DNA from: a virus
Taxonomy: Duplodnaviria; Caudoviricetes
Strand: one strand, 5' to 3'
Virus record (IMG/VR): IMGVR_UViG_3300011334_000313
Coordinates: 1-31,951 of that record
Length of the DNA stretch: 31,951 bases
Below, piece after piece: positions 1 through 9,486 of this stretch (positions are counted from its first letter, which is position 1; every line of letters starts with the position of its first letter). A program made the translations under genes and the position numbers. The notes below the pieces were generated by a model that saw only the letters and a list, made by a program, of their open reading frames with translations, did not search any database and was not told where the DNA came from.

Positions 1-1856
1 TCAAAATACTTCTTCTTAATCTCCTCTTGTTTCTGTTGGTTACCTTCCGCATCCTTCAACTCTTTATTCATTTGGTTCTCATATATTGCACCTAACGCTG
101 CTGTAATTTGAGTACCGACACCAACTATTTTAGAAGCCATTTCAGCGTAAGCTAAAATCTCCTGCATATTCAACGCTTCGGATTGCTTTTGATATTTCTT
201 CTTAATATCAAATAACGCTTTTTCTTGTTCTTCTTTCTTTAATTTCTTAAACTCATCCGATGCTTTTAACTCCTCAATTTCCCTTTGTTCTGCTTTTTTA
301 TTAATCTCTCTTAATACATCGTAATATCCTTTTGTTCCTTGTATTTGTGCACCTTGTTTAATTTGTAAGAACTTTAAATCACTATCTAATTTTTTAATTC
401 TTTCTTGTTCTTCTTTTTTGGTAGCATCATCTTTAACCTTTTGTTCTGCTGCTGCCGCTTGGTCCCTATATAGTTTTCTAATAGCTTCTTTTTCAGTCTC
501 ACTCTTGACAATGAACCCTTTATCCTTTTCTAATGTTTCTAAATCTCTTCTTAACTTATCTTGAATTGACGCTATATCTCTATCCTTCTCATTCTTAATT
601 AATGATATTTTAAGTTCTGTAACTTTATCATTTAACGCTTTCTCATTATCAATTCTATCTTGATTTAATTTATTAAGGTCTTTTGTGTTAGTAGCTTTAT
701 TCTCCAAATAACCTTTTTCAAGACCATTTCTTTCCACCAACAATTTCTTATATTCTGAACTACCAACCTTTTCTAATTTCATCAGTTTATTTATCCTATC
801 CAATTCACGTTGATAGTCTACATCTTGTGCAGCTTGTTTGTCTTTAATTGCTTGTACCTCATCTTCACTTGCTGTTACTTTTGCACGTGCTAATTCCTCT
901 TCGGATTGTTTAACAGCTTCATTATCGTTGATGGTGTCTTGTGCAAGTTTCTTCGCATCCGCAGCTGCTTTTTCAGCTTCAGCTTTTGCTTTTTCAGCAT
1001 CCGCTTTTCTCTTGGCAGCTTCTTCTTTACGTTTTGCGTTTCTCTCCTCCATTTGTTTCTTCAACTCTTCCTGTCTTTTCTTTTCTTTCTCCGCAGCTTC
1101 TTGTCCTACAGCATCAATATCATTAGTTGCATCAGCAATTTGTTTTTTAGACACACCCAACTTTTCTGCAACCCACGCAAACGCACTACCAACCTTACCA
1201 ATAATACTAGCTAACTTCTCAAATATAGGAACAGCTACTGTATTGATTAACGCAAGTATTGGACCCATTACTGATGAGAACGCTTGACTGACTTTATTAA
1301 GTGCAGCTTGACCTTCCTTCGTTTTGCTTAACGCTTCCTTCATTAAAGTAAACGCACCTACTAAAGCTGTAATAATTGCAAGAATTGGATTAGCTGCTAA
1401 TACTTTAAACGCTTTATCTACACCCTGAATTGATTGTCCCACAAATCCTGCAACACCTGGCATCGTAGCTAACGCATCCTCAAACTTCATCGCTTTAAGC
1501 GTAGTCAACTCAAACTGGTCATTTAAGTCATCTAAGTTTTTCTTAGCTGTTTTCATCCCCTTTAAATCACCTTTCTCTTCCGCTTCCTGGAACGCTATTG
1601 TTGCTTGACGTATTTGTACCTTTAATGACTTGAACTTACCTTCAGCTTCACCTAATATCTCTTTCGTTTGATTAAATGTCTTATCAGCGTTCTTCAATTC
1701 ACTATTCAACTTCTTCCACTCATCCGTTCCGATTTGAAGTGTACTTAATTTCTTTTGTGCGTCCGAATAGATTTTACTAAAATCATTAACCGACAGTTTT
1801 GCTGCTTCTAGTTCTTTTCCGTCAACTTTAATTAATATAGGTATTTCTTTAGCCAT
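1..1856 (-). CDS. Tape measure protein, 3' end truncated by window edge (missing from ORF track)
   Basis: ATG at 1856 (MAKEIPILIKVDGKELE...), open to the window start. Long Ala/Lys/Glu helical protein with a hydrophobic block (KVLAANPILAIITALVGAFTLM) typical of TMPs, and it follows the tail genes. Confidence 0.85.
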   Translation of the reverse strand, partial: MAKEIPILIKVDGKELEAAKLSVNDFSKIYSDAQKKLSTLQIGTDEWKKLNSELKNADKTFNQTKEILGEAEGKFKSLKVQIRQATIAFQEAEEKGDLKGMKTAKKNLDDLNDQFELTTLKAMKFEDALATMPGVAGFVGQSIQGVDKAFKVLAANPILAIITALVGAFTLMKEALSKTKEGQAALNKVSQAFSSVMGPILALINTVAVPIFEKLASIIGKVGSAFAWVAEKLGVSKKQIADATNDIDAVGQEAAEKEKKRQEELKKQMEERNAKRKEEAAKRKADAEKAKAEAEKAAADAKKLAQDTINDNEAVKQSEEELARAKVTASEDEVQAIKDKQAAQDVDYQRELDRINKLMKLEKVGSSEYKKLLVERNGLEKGYLENKATNTKDLNKLNQDRIDNEKALNDKVTELKISLIKNEKDRDIASIQDKLRRDLETLEKDKGFIVKSETEKEAIRKLYRDQAAAAEQKVKDDATKKEEQERIKKLDSDLKFLQIKQGAQIQGTKGYYDVLREINKKAEQREIEELKASDEFKKLKKEEQEKALFDIKKKYQKQSEALNMQEILAYAEMASKIVGVGTQITAALGAIYENQMNKELKDAEGNQQKQEEIKKKYF

Positions 1857-1877
1857 AATTTATATATGTATATATTT

Positions 1878-2354
1878 TTAAGTAACCGTTATTGATAGGG
1901 TCTGACATATAGGATATATTGATTTAAGTCCTATCATTCTTATTTCAAAATAATATGTCCCTGATGAGAACGATGCAAGACCCATCATTGCTGGGGTTAC
2001 AATGACCGTATTTGACCCCGAATATGTTGTCCCTGTCGTTGTACCACTCGTTACAATATCCACGCATCTCCACGGCTTAAAATACGTTTGTGTAGCTGCT
2101 AACATATGTACTGATAGTAAATGTATTTGACCACTGTTTGAAATGAATGGTTCCGCACCATTTTTAGACCAGGTCCAGTTATGGGTAAATGTTATACTAC
2201 TACTGGTTGCTGTACCAGAAACAATAAAGTTTGTTACCGTACCTGTTACACTATTATTATTTATATTATGAACTATATCAACATCATATTCCGATATTTC
2301 AAAATTGGGATATATAAAGTTGGTTTCGTTATATTGTGGTATGTACTTACTCAT
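1878..2354 (-). CDS. Putative minor tail/virion protein (158 aa, beta-rich)
   Basis: Thr/Ser-rich ORF in the tail module with its own TATATTTA promoter-like site upstream. Confidence 0.55.
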   Translation of the reverse strand: MSKYIPQYNETNFIYPNFEISEYDVDIVHNINNNSVTGTVTNFIVSGTATSSSITFTHNWTWSKNGAEPFISNSGQIHLLSVHMLAATQTYFKPWRCVDIVTSGTTTGTTYSGSNTVIVTPAMMGLASFSSGTYYFEIRMIGLKSIYPICQTLSITVT

Positions 2355-2359
2355 ATTAT

Positions 2360-2392
2360 TAAATATACTTTTTTAGTTATTGTGGTCTCAAA
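2360..2392 (-). promoter_or_regulatory. Bacteroidota-type promoter TTTG-N21-TATATTTA, 5 nt upstream of ATG 2354
   Basis: + strand CAAA at 2389-2392 and TAAATATA at 2360-2367; resembles the -33 TTTG / -7 TAnnTTTG consensus. Confidence 0.55.
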
Positions 2393-3751
2393 TTATGTCC
2401 AATCATTAAATTGTAACCAATAGTCATAATTGGCACTTGTAAATGTGGTTGTCGGGAAAATTAAAGTTCTCGTACTTTCTGATGGACACACTTGTAATGT
2501 AAAATTATTACCATCTAATACGCTGGTAACTAAAGGTCCAGCAAATCCAATTCTAATCTGTGCGTTGGTTTGGTCAAACGTTGGATTATAGGTTCCACAC
2601 GCAGCAAACTTACAACATCTTCTTCTAACTCTTAATCCACTGTATGTACCTTCCGTTAATGTTATTGTACTACCTGTATGACTAATAACTTGTTGGTTAC
2701 TTGTTACAGATAAAACATTAGTAAACGTTGCACCACTATCTATTGAATATTCTAAATTCCACGATTTATTACAAACAGGTGTCGCACTAAATCTATCTAC
2801 ATTTAAATAAAATGTTAATGTAAACGGTCCTGGCGTAGGAGTTGGAGTTGGGGTTTGCGTTGGTGTGCTTGACGCAGTTGGGGTTGGTGACGTTGTTGGA
2901 CTTGGGGTAGGAGTTGGCGTACTTGACGCAGTCGGAGTTGGAGTAGGTGCAATATTTACTGACCTATCTCTTCTTCTTACTTCGTATGTTCCGTTTTGTA
3001 CTAATGTAATAGGAGTTGGACTATCTAATTCAAATACTTTACTTGAATTACAAGCTGGTGTACTAACTGGAAATGTTCCTGTACTTCCACCTTGTTCAAT
3101 ATCATCTTTATATACACCTAAAAATCCTGACTGCCAACGAACACAATTACCACCACCGACATAACTTAATGTAGTCCTTGTTCTAAATATTTGTGATGTT
3201 CCACCTGTAATAAATATTTGACCTATATTGTATGTAAATCCAGTGTCTGATGAATAGTTATAAGATGGTATATCAAATTGTCTACCATCTAATGTTACTG
3301 TTTGATTTATCGTTGCTACGGTATATAAACCATCGGGGTCTGTAATACCTGAATATGAATATACCAAATTGATAAAGAACGGTGACGTGTCTAAATAATA
3401 TTCAAAATTGTAACTATTAGCTAATGTTGTTACGGTAAATGTATAAGCTGATATACCAACAGTTGTTCCCAATTCAGTTACTTTAATACCGTTGTCACCA
3501 TTTTCATAATCAGTAGTATAGTTATATCTTTTAGCTATTATATTAAAATTACTACTTGCTTCCAATCTTACAACATCACCAATATTTAAACCTACTACGT
3601 ATAGTCCTTCTACTGTTGAGTATTCTTTTGCAGCTAAAACATTATTTACATAAACATCAATCACCGCAATATTTTCATCTTCCGATAATAGTAATGAACC
3701 TTTCGCAGTTGTATTAGTGTCTTGTTGTGATGGATATATTCTCGGTCCCAT
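2393..3751 (-). CDS. Virion/tail accessory protein with Pro-Thr linker between beta-rich domains (452 aa)
   Basis: PTPTPTASSTPTPTPSPTTSPTPTASSTPTQTPTPTPTP linker; located in the tail module. Confidence 0.6.
   Translation of the reverse strand: MGPRIYPSQQDTNTTAKGSLLLSEDENIAVIDVYVNNVLAAKEYSTVEGLYVVGLNIGDVVRLEASSNFNIIAKRYNYTTDYENGDNGIKVTELGTTVGISAYTFTVTTLANSYNFEYYLDTSPFFINLVYSYSGITDPDGLYTVATINQTVTLDGRQFDIPSYNYSSDTGFTYNIGQIFITGGTSQIFRTRTTLSYVGGGNCVRWQSGFLGVYKDDIEQGGSTGTFPVSTPACNSSKVFELDSPTPITLVQNGTYEVRRRDRSVNIAPTPTPTASSTPTPTPSPTTSPTPTASSTPTQTPTPTPTPGPFTLTFYLNVDRFSATPVCNKSWNLEYSIDSGATFTNVLSVTSNQQVISHTGSTITLTEGTYSGLRVRRRCCKFAACGTYNPTFDQTNAQIRIGFAGPLVTSVLDGNNFTLQVCPSESTRTLIFPTTTFTSANYDYWLQFNDWT
2830..2950 (-). 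repeat. Pro-Thr (mucin-like) coding repeat
   Basis: Repeated gttgg/gtagg units encoding (PT)n, with a repeated TPTASST unit. Confidence 0.85.
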
Positions 3752-3770
3752 ATTCTATTTTAATTAATTT

Positions 3771-6700
3771 TTAACATTGTTCTGTTGCTAATCCTGTTAT
3801 TTGTCCTGTGCTGCTGTTTATATTCCACACTGATAAGTTTATATATACAAAATCATATCCTGTTAATGGATTAGGGAATGTGTCTACATAAACATAACAT
3901 CCAGTACCGAACGTAAGACCATCACAATTTGAATATAACGTTCTGTTATTTAATCCTGCATCGTTACAAGCACCTGATGATGTACTACCATAACCACATC
4001 CACCGAAACTTGTAACAGCAATAGTTGGTGTAGGCGTTGGCGGTGGCGGCAATGTTGAAGTAGGAGTTGGCGGTGGCGGCAATGTGCTTGTTGGTGTTGG
4101 TACTACAGATGTTGCAGTTGGAGTAGGAGTTGCGGTTGAAGTAGGCGTTGGCGTTATAACAATATTTGTTGGACACGTTCCTGCACTACAACTAAATCCT
4201 GCTGCAATACTTATTGTCATTCCATTATAACCCTGTTCTTGTATTACACCACCTGTATAATCCATACATCTATATCTAATACCATTCGTCGTAAACACTT
4301 CACCAGTTGCTACACCATAACAATCGTTATAAAGAATACTTGCGGTTACTCCTTCCGGACCTGATGTTGTACCTGTTACATTCAATTCCACACATACACA
4401 AGGTATTGATGGAGTTGGTGTAATAGTTAAAGTAGGTGTAGGCGTTGGCGTTGGAGTACTTGTAGGAGTTGGTGTAGCAGTTGCAAGACAAGGATTAACA
4501 CCGTATGTTATTGATGACCCTGTTCTTATTACGTACGCACTATTTGTTGCGTTGAACCCTGCACAATTTGACCATAAGTTAGTTCCTGTAAAAGTTCCTG
4601 CGATGTTTATCCAAAACGAAGCTAAACTATAATTTAAACCTAATTCATTAGCATATATATAATTTAACATCGTGTCACAACTACTATCGTAACAACCACC
4701 GCTATTATATTCTGCTTCAGTAATCTCCTGCATTGTATATGGGATATACTGTATTTGGAAAGTACTTATGTTGAATATTCTAAACGTAGATGTAAATCCT
4801 GTTGTTGTCCCTGTCAATGAACCTACTTGCTGGTCATAATATGTAGACCAAATAAAGTTTGTGTCCAATAGATTAGGATTGGTAAAGTCTGTCTTTAACT
4901 TAAAACAATAACCAGGTTGGTCGCAATAAGTGTATTTAAAATATCTTGTTGGATAGGTCTGCGGATTTAAGTTTAACTGTATTAACTCTACCTTCGTCAA
5001 TTCTCTATTGGTTAAGTTAAACTCACTAATCTTGTTTATTGTAAAATATTGTTCTCTAATTTTAATTACATCATTCCATTGGAAGTTCTGTATATCAGAA
5101 TATTTTAAATCAAAATAACCGCTAACCATTCTTGTGTTAGGGTCATATATATTATTTATTCTTGTTTTATAAAACGTATTGTAAACATCGTTTTCTGTAT
5201 AAGTATTATAGGTCTGTACACCAATGTCTACTGGTAGTTCTGAATTGAATAATATACTTAAACTATCATTATTAATTTTATTACTATCACTTAAACCTAA
5301 TGGCATCGTATGTGAAACCACCGGTATTCTTTCTTCACCAGTTGTAGTTACACCTGTAAAATTGGATGGTTGTACTTTAACTGTAAAGGTATTGTAGTTT
5401 GAACCTGTTATTGAATAAACCTCATTTACGTCGTCAATAAAAGGATTTGCTGTACCTACCCAATAAAACAATTTAGGCTTCGTTTTTACCCCCTTATAAG
5501 ACCATCTAACCTGATTGTCCACCTTATCTATATCACTCGTTGCTGCGTAGTTTATACCTAATGGTAGACCTATATTGTCATCCCATTTTCTAATTAATTG
5601 AGGTGAAAATATTGTGTCTACTTTCTTTTCTTGTGATTTAAAATCAGTTGGGTTATAAATTAAATTTCTACCGTATATACGATTTACCCTATTCTTAAAC
5701 TCTCTATTACCCTCATCACCGTCTTCTAAATCTGTAAGCAATAAACTACTCTCAATAAAGTTTTGTGCAGGTTCTACTGTAAATCCTTTATCCCAACTCA
5801 ATTTAGGTGTCCAGTCAAATATCTGTCCTGTACCGATATAATAATCGTACGGTTCTACAATAATTTGATTTGTGTTTTCAGGGTCAGGTATAAATACTAA
5901 ATTGAATTTCTTCGCTATTGAACTTAATAAATCAATCTGTTTAATATTTTGGTCTACAACTAAATCAAACGAAACATAATCTCCGTTTTGATATTGTGCA
6001 CTATCACCAACATTTTTTGGAAAATAACTTACAGATTTAAATCTATCTGCCGGTACATCGGGACTTGTTAATGTGTCAACAGTACAATTGTTTGCTGTAT
6101 AACCGCTTGTTCCAGCACGTATAACTTCATTTTGTGTAGTGAATGTATTTGAACAAGTAATAGTAAAATTAATATCTTCGGTACAATAACAAGGTATACC
6201 AGTACCCAATTTACACACAACTATTTGATATGTAGTTGGACCTAAATATCCAGTTCTCAATTCAACACCATCTAATGGTAACTGTTGAATATTATTTAAT
6301 TTCCACCCAAACTTCGTTCCCTCATATGAAAAATATCCATATAGATATAATGACTTAATCCAGGGTGTGTTCATAAAGTCAGACTTAATACTATAACCAT
6401 AAGTCTTAAAGATTAAATTAATTAAACTCCACACATTTAAACCAGGTTTTAATTGGTTGTCCCTTAAAGCGTATAGTGGTGAATTAATTCTGTATTCTTC
6501 TACACCAGCAGTGGTTGCAGCTGTATATGTTGGAAAACTACCTATCGGTGATGTTGATGTATATAATCTTGTTTGTCCTGATGTAATACCACTAAAATTA
6601 ATTGTGTTACCACTATATTCATAACCGTTATGAACTATTGGATAAAAATATGTGTACGGGTATTCGCTGTCTTTATAAAAATTAGATTGACCAAATAGAT

Positions 6701-7217
6701 TTGTAACACCACTTGTTGTAAATTGATGATTGAACGTATATTCTGCATCATCAAAATCTAAATCTTGTAATAGGTTATTACCTATTTGACCGAATAAATT
6801 GCCAACAGTAGAATACAATGTTACATCATACTCCACCTTACTATTTATTACACTAATTTTATTTAATCTCATATAACCCTTGAAGTAGGATTGGTCATTT
6901 AACAACACATCGCAGTTAACCCTTTTGGTAGGGTCAAAATATAATGTTTGTGTGTCAACGTTATAAAAGGTCTCAAAAAATCTATTGTTCTTTTTAGAAC
7001 CTGGTAAAGATAAACCAATTGATAAGTCAGAATTACGTTTAGATATATCCTCTATTTCAGCAATAGACTTATTTATCTTAATTGGAATATCAGAATATAA
7101 ATCTAAATTTAAATATTTATATTGAGGTATTTCAACAAATGGTGGAGTAACACCACTCGTTATTGTAAAATCAACTATATTAGTTTGTACTCTTAATACT
7201 GTTTGTTGTTGAGACAT
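3771..7217 (-). CDS. Large tail (tip/baseplate hub-like) protein with C-terminal PT linkers and Cys-rich modules (1148 aa)
   Basis: N-terminal LDLY..IPIKINKSIAEIEDISKR..S....LPGSK.NN motif and KQIDLLSSIAKKFNL, DWT.K motifs typical of Bacteroidota siphophage tail proteins. Confidence 0.7.
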   Translation of the reverse strand: MSQQQTVLRVQTNIVDFTITSGVTPPFVEIPQYKYLNLDLYSDIPIKINKSIAEIEDISKRNSDLSIGLSLPGSKKNNRFFETFYNVDTQTLYFDPTKRVNCDVLLNDQSYFKGYMRLNKISVINSKVEYDVTLYSTVGNLFGQIGNNLLQDLDFDDAEYTFNHQFTTSGVTNLFGQSNFYKDSEYPYTYFYPIVHNGYEYSGNTINFSGITSGQTRLYTSTSPIGSFPTYTAATTAGVEEYRINSPLYALRDNQLKPGLNVWSLINLIFKTYGYSIKSDFMNTPWIKSLYLYGYFSYEGTKFGWKLNNIQQLPLDGVELRTGYLGPTTYQIVVCKLGTGIPCYCTEDINFTITCSNTFTTQNEVIRAGTSGYTANNCTVDTLTSPDVPADRFKSVSYFPKNVGDSAQYQNGDYVSFDLVVDQNIKQIDLLSSIAKKFNLVFIPDPENTNQIIVEPYDYYIGTGQIFDWTPKLSWDKGFTVEPAQNFIESSLLLTDLEDGDEGNREFKNRVNRIYGRNLIYNPTDFKSQEKKVDTIFSPQLIRKWDDNIGLPLGINYAATSDIDKVDNQVRWSYKGVKTKPKLFYWVGTANPFIDDVNEVYSITGSNYNTFTVKVQPSNFTGVTTTGEERIPVVSHTMPLGLSDSNKINNDSLSILFNSELPVDIGVQTYNTYTENDVYNTFYKTRINNIYDPNTRMVSGYFDLKYSDIQNFQWNDVIKIREQYFTINKISEFNLTNRELTKVELIQLNLNPQTYPTRYFKYTYCDQPGYCFKLKTDFTNPNLLDTNFIWSTYYDQQVGSLTGTTTGFTSTFRIFNISTFQIQYIPYTMQEITEAEYNSGGCYDSSCDTMLNYIYANELGLNYSLASFWINIAGTFTGTNLWSNCAGFNATNSAYVIRTGSSITYGVNPCLATATPTPTSTPTPTPTPTLTITPTPSIPCVCVELNVTGTTSGPEGVTASILYNDCYGVATGEVFTTNGIRYRCMDYTGGVIQEQGYNGMTISIAAGFSCSAGTCPTNIVITPTPTSTATPTPTATSVVPTPTSTLPPPPTPTSTLPPPPTPTPTIAVTSFGGCGYGSTSSGACNDAGLNNRTLYSNCDGLTFGTGCYVYVDTFPNPLTGYDFVYINLSVWNINSSTGQITGLATEQC
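4020..4160 (-). repeat. Pro-Thr repeat with a 30-nt tandem duplication (TLPPPPTPT x2)
   Basis: gttggcggtggcggcaatgt at 4036-4055 and 4066-4085. Confidence 0.85.
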
Positions 7218-7220
7218 ATA

Positions 7221-8834
7221 TTAAAATCCTTGATTAGTGAAGAACGTGTCAGCGTACTTCAATGTTATTCTATATTTATTTAACTTACGATGTTTCTTCG
7301 TAATTGTTTCTACCTCAGTTGATAATACTTGCACTGGTCTTAAATCCCAATATATCTTATCTTGTCTATCCATTGGTGATATAAAGTTTTCTTTTACTTC
7401 ATATACTTGTGGTGAATAAAACATTTGTTCTAACCATTGTGCAGTAGGTACTGATAAAAACTCACTCTCTAATACTATCTCTCTATCCACATCAGTTCCA
7501 AATGTCTTAACTGAACGACCAACATTAAAGTCAGGTCCAGCTAAATCAGTTGAGAAATATCTGCTGTCGTATGATTGTGTCTTAATCTTTTTTGTGTCTT
7601 GTCTATATGACTTGAATGTATAGTAATCATATCCACCCCTGCTATTCAAGAAACTTAATCTAGTATTTTCAGGTTGACAATTGTTATATAAGTAGAAATA
7701 GAACATCTCACTTACAGGACCTATTGGACCTATTGATTGTCTATTAATATTATTTGTTGGGTATGAATAAAATAACTGTACGGTATAATACGCAACATTA
7801 TCAAATGTCTGTCCTGATAAGAATAGATTTTGAATATCCACTGGTCCACAAGGTAAAGCAAACGGTTGTAATGTGTCTGTATATCCTGTTGGTGATGCGT
7901 ATGTTGTACCACTCAAATTCAATTCCTGGTACCAATATCCATTCGTTCCTAATTGTACATTGTTCTCATCATATAAAGTAAAAACTGCGTAGTCTGCTTC
8001 TATCACTTGTCTATCACCGGATTGTCCGTTTAAGTAATATAATACATAATTTTCGTCAGGTTGTATATACTGGATGCGTGGTGCATCAGTTAAAAATCTT
8101 GATGTTTCTGACTGTTCAGGTAGTGTAGGATAGTCTAACAAATATTGAGACATTGGACTTAATCGTCTATATATATCCAGTGTATTAATTGTTAATCCTG
8201 TACCCATTACTGTTCCAATCTCCTGGTCGAAGTTAGGTAGGATGTATTTGTCACTACCCATTTGGAATTGTCCACCTACGTAATCAAAATACTCACCTGT
8301 ATTTGTAAAACCACTAGCAGTAAATCCTGTTGCAGTTATGCAGTTAGGAATGTTTGTGTAGTGGTTAAAGTTGTTTGTTGGTGTACCACCAGTATATTCT
8401 GTTACAGTAACACCACTTGCGTTTACATATCTATAACCGTACTTAAAGTTAGCTGTAACTATATTTGGATATTGGTTATTGATGTTGATTGTATTGTTTG
8501 TTTGAGACCAGTCTAATTTCCAATAATATTGGAAGTGTTCTGCTTCAACAAAGTTTGACATATAATCGTATGGTCTTAAATTGAAGCGATAGGTAAAGTT
8601 ATTATTTAAATAACTATTATTTGTAATAGAATAGGGAACAATAGACATACGACCAACTTTAATATTATCAGCGTATAAATCCACGTCAAGTTCCATTGAT
8701 GATTGTAAAGTGTCTCCTGTTAATACAATTTCATATGTACCACCACGCTGATAAACCATATCAGTACTTCTTCTTAATTGTGTATTTGAGTTTAGTCCAT
8801 TTGCGTATAAACTCGGATATTGAAATGTCGGCAT
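7221..8834 (-). CDS. Tail structural protein (distal-tail-like, 537 aa)
   Basis: C-terminal RLSFLNSRGGYDYYTF...WLEQMFYSPQVY motif recurrent in Bacteroidota phage tail modules; sits directly upstream of the large tail protein. Confidence 0.65.
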   Translation of the reverse strand: MPTFQYPSLYANGLNSNTQLRRSTDMVYQRGGTYEIVLTGDTLQSSMELDVDLYADNIKVGRMSIVPYSITNNSYLNNNFTYRFNLRPYDYMSNFVEAEHFQYYWKLDWSQTNNTININNQYPNIVTANFKYGYRYVNASGVTVTEYTGGTPTNNFNHYTNIPNCITATGFTASGFTNTGEYFDYVGGQFQMGSDKYILPNFDQEIGTVMGTGLTINTLDIYRRLSPMSQYLLDYPTLPEQSETSRFLTDAPRIQYIQPDENYVLYYLNGQSGDRQVIEADYAVFTLYDENNVQLGTNGYWYQELNLSGTTYASPTGYTDTLQPFALPCGPVDIQNLFLSGQTFDNVAYYTVQLFYSYPTNNINRQSIGPIGPVSEMFYFYLYNNCQPENTRLSFLNSRGGYDYYTFKSYRQDTKKIKTQSYDSRYFSTDLAGPDFNVGRSVKTFGTDVDREIVLESEFLSVPTAQWLEQMFYSPQVYEVKENFISPMDRQDKIYWDLRPVQVLSTEVETITKKHRKLNKYRITLKYADTFFTNQGF

Positions 8835-8835
8835 A

Positions 8836-9378
8836 TTATATTCCTTCTATTTTAGCTAACAAATCATCGTAGGTTGCATCCTCAATGATTTGAGTTATTC
8901 TTGGGTCTTTCATTATTGTGTCTATTGACACCTCAATAAAGTTTTTAGGTACGTTTTGAAAACCAAATTTAGCAATTGAACGTGCAACAACATAAGCCAC
9001 TTGTTTTATATTCTTTTCTGTTTTTGGTAGAGTTTGACCTGTTTTAAAATCTTTAATTATAAAACTATTTTTTTTCTCAATCCACTCTTCAATAGATTTT
9101 CTAAATTTTCCATCTTTTTTACTTGCACCAGGCTTTCTATCGTTAATTAACCAATAAGCGTATGTGTCTTCCAACCTCTTTCCATCTAATGCAGTAATTC
9201 TAATAATTTGTATTCCTTGTCTATTATCTTCTACGACCGCACCAATACTTTTCATTAAAGTACCCGAAGCAACACGATTACCAGGTCCACGTTGAAACCT
9301 ACCGTAGTAATAAACTTTTTTGCTTAAACTCTCTTTTACAATGTCTGCTATAATCGGTGCAAGTGCATCTAAATCCAT
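8836..9378 (-). CDS. Neck/tail-completion protein (HK97 gp10-like position, 180 aa)
   Basis: ASGTLMKSI, IEEWI and AYVVARSIAKFG motifs; basic protein; synteny with tail genes. Confidence 0.6.
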   Translation of the reverse strand: MDLDALAPIIADIVKESLSKKVYYYGRFQRGPGNRVASGTLMKSIGAVVEDNRQGIQIIRITALDGKRLEDTYAYWLINDRKPGASKKDGKFRKSIEEWIEKKNSFIIKDFKTGQTLPKTEKNIKQVAYVVARSIAKFGFQNVPKNFIEVSIDTIMKDPRITQIIEDATYDDLLAKIEGI

Positions 9379-9485
9379 TATTCGGTTGGTATGTTATAAA
9401 TATCTTCGTTATTTGGTGTAGGTGACGGAGTTGGTGTTGGTGGTATAAATGTCGGTGTTGGTGTATGTTGTGTTATTTCTTCCAT
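9378..9485 (-). CDS. 35-aa Pro/Thr-rich microprotein (not in ORF track)
   Basis: MEEITQHTPTPTFIPPTPTPSPTPNNEDIYNIPTE*. It fills the gap exactly: start 1 nt after the fibre stop, and TAATG overlap with the next gene. Confidence 0.7.
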   Translation of the reverse strand: MEEITQHTPTPTFIPPTPTPSPTPNNEDIYNIPTE

Positions 9486-9486
9486 A

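Noticed and set aside
838-1287. + strand ORFs 838-1287, 906-1214 and 941-1126
   Set aside because: Antisense shadows of the tape measure gene.
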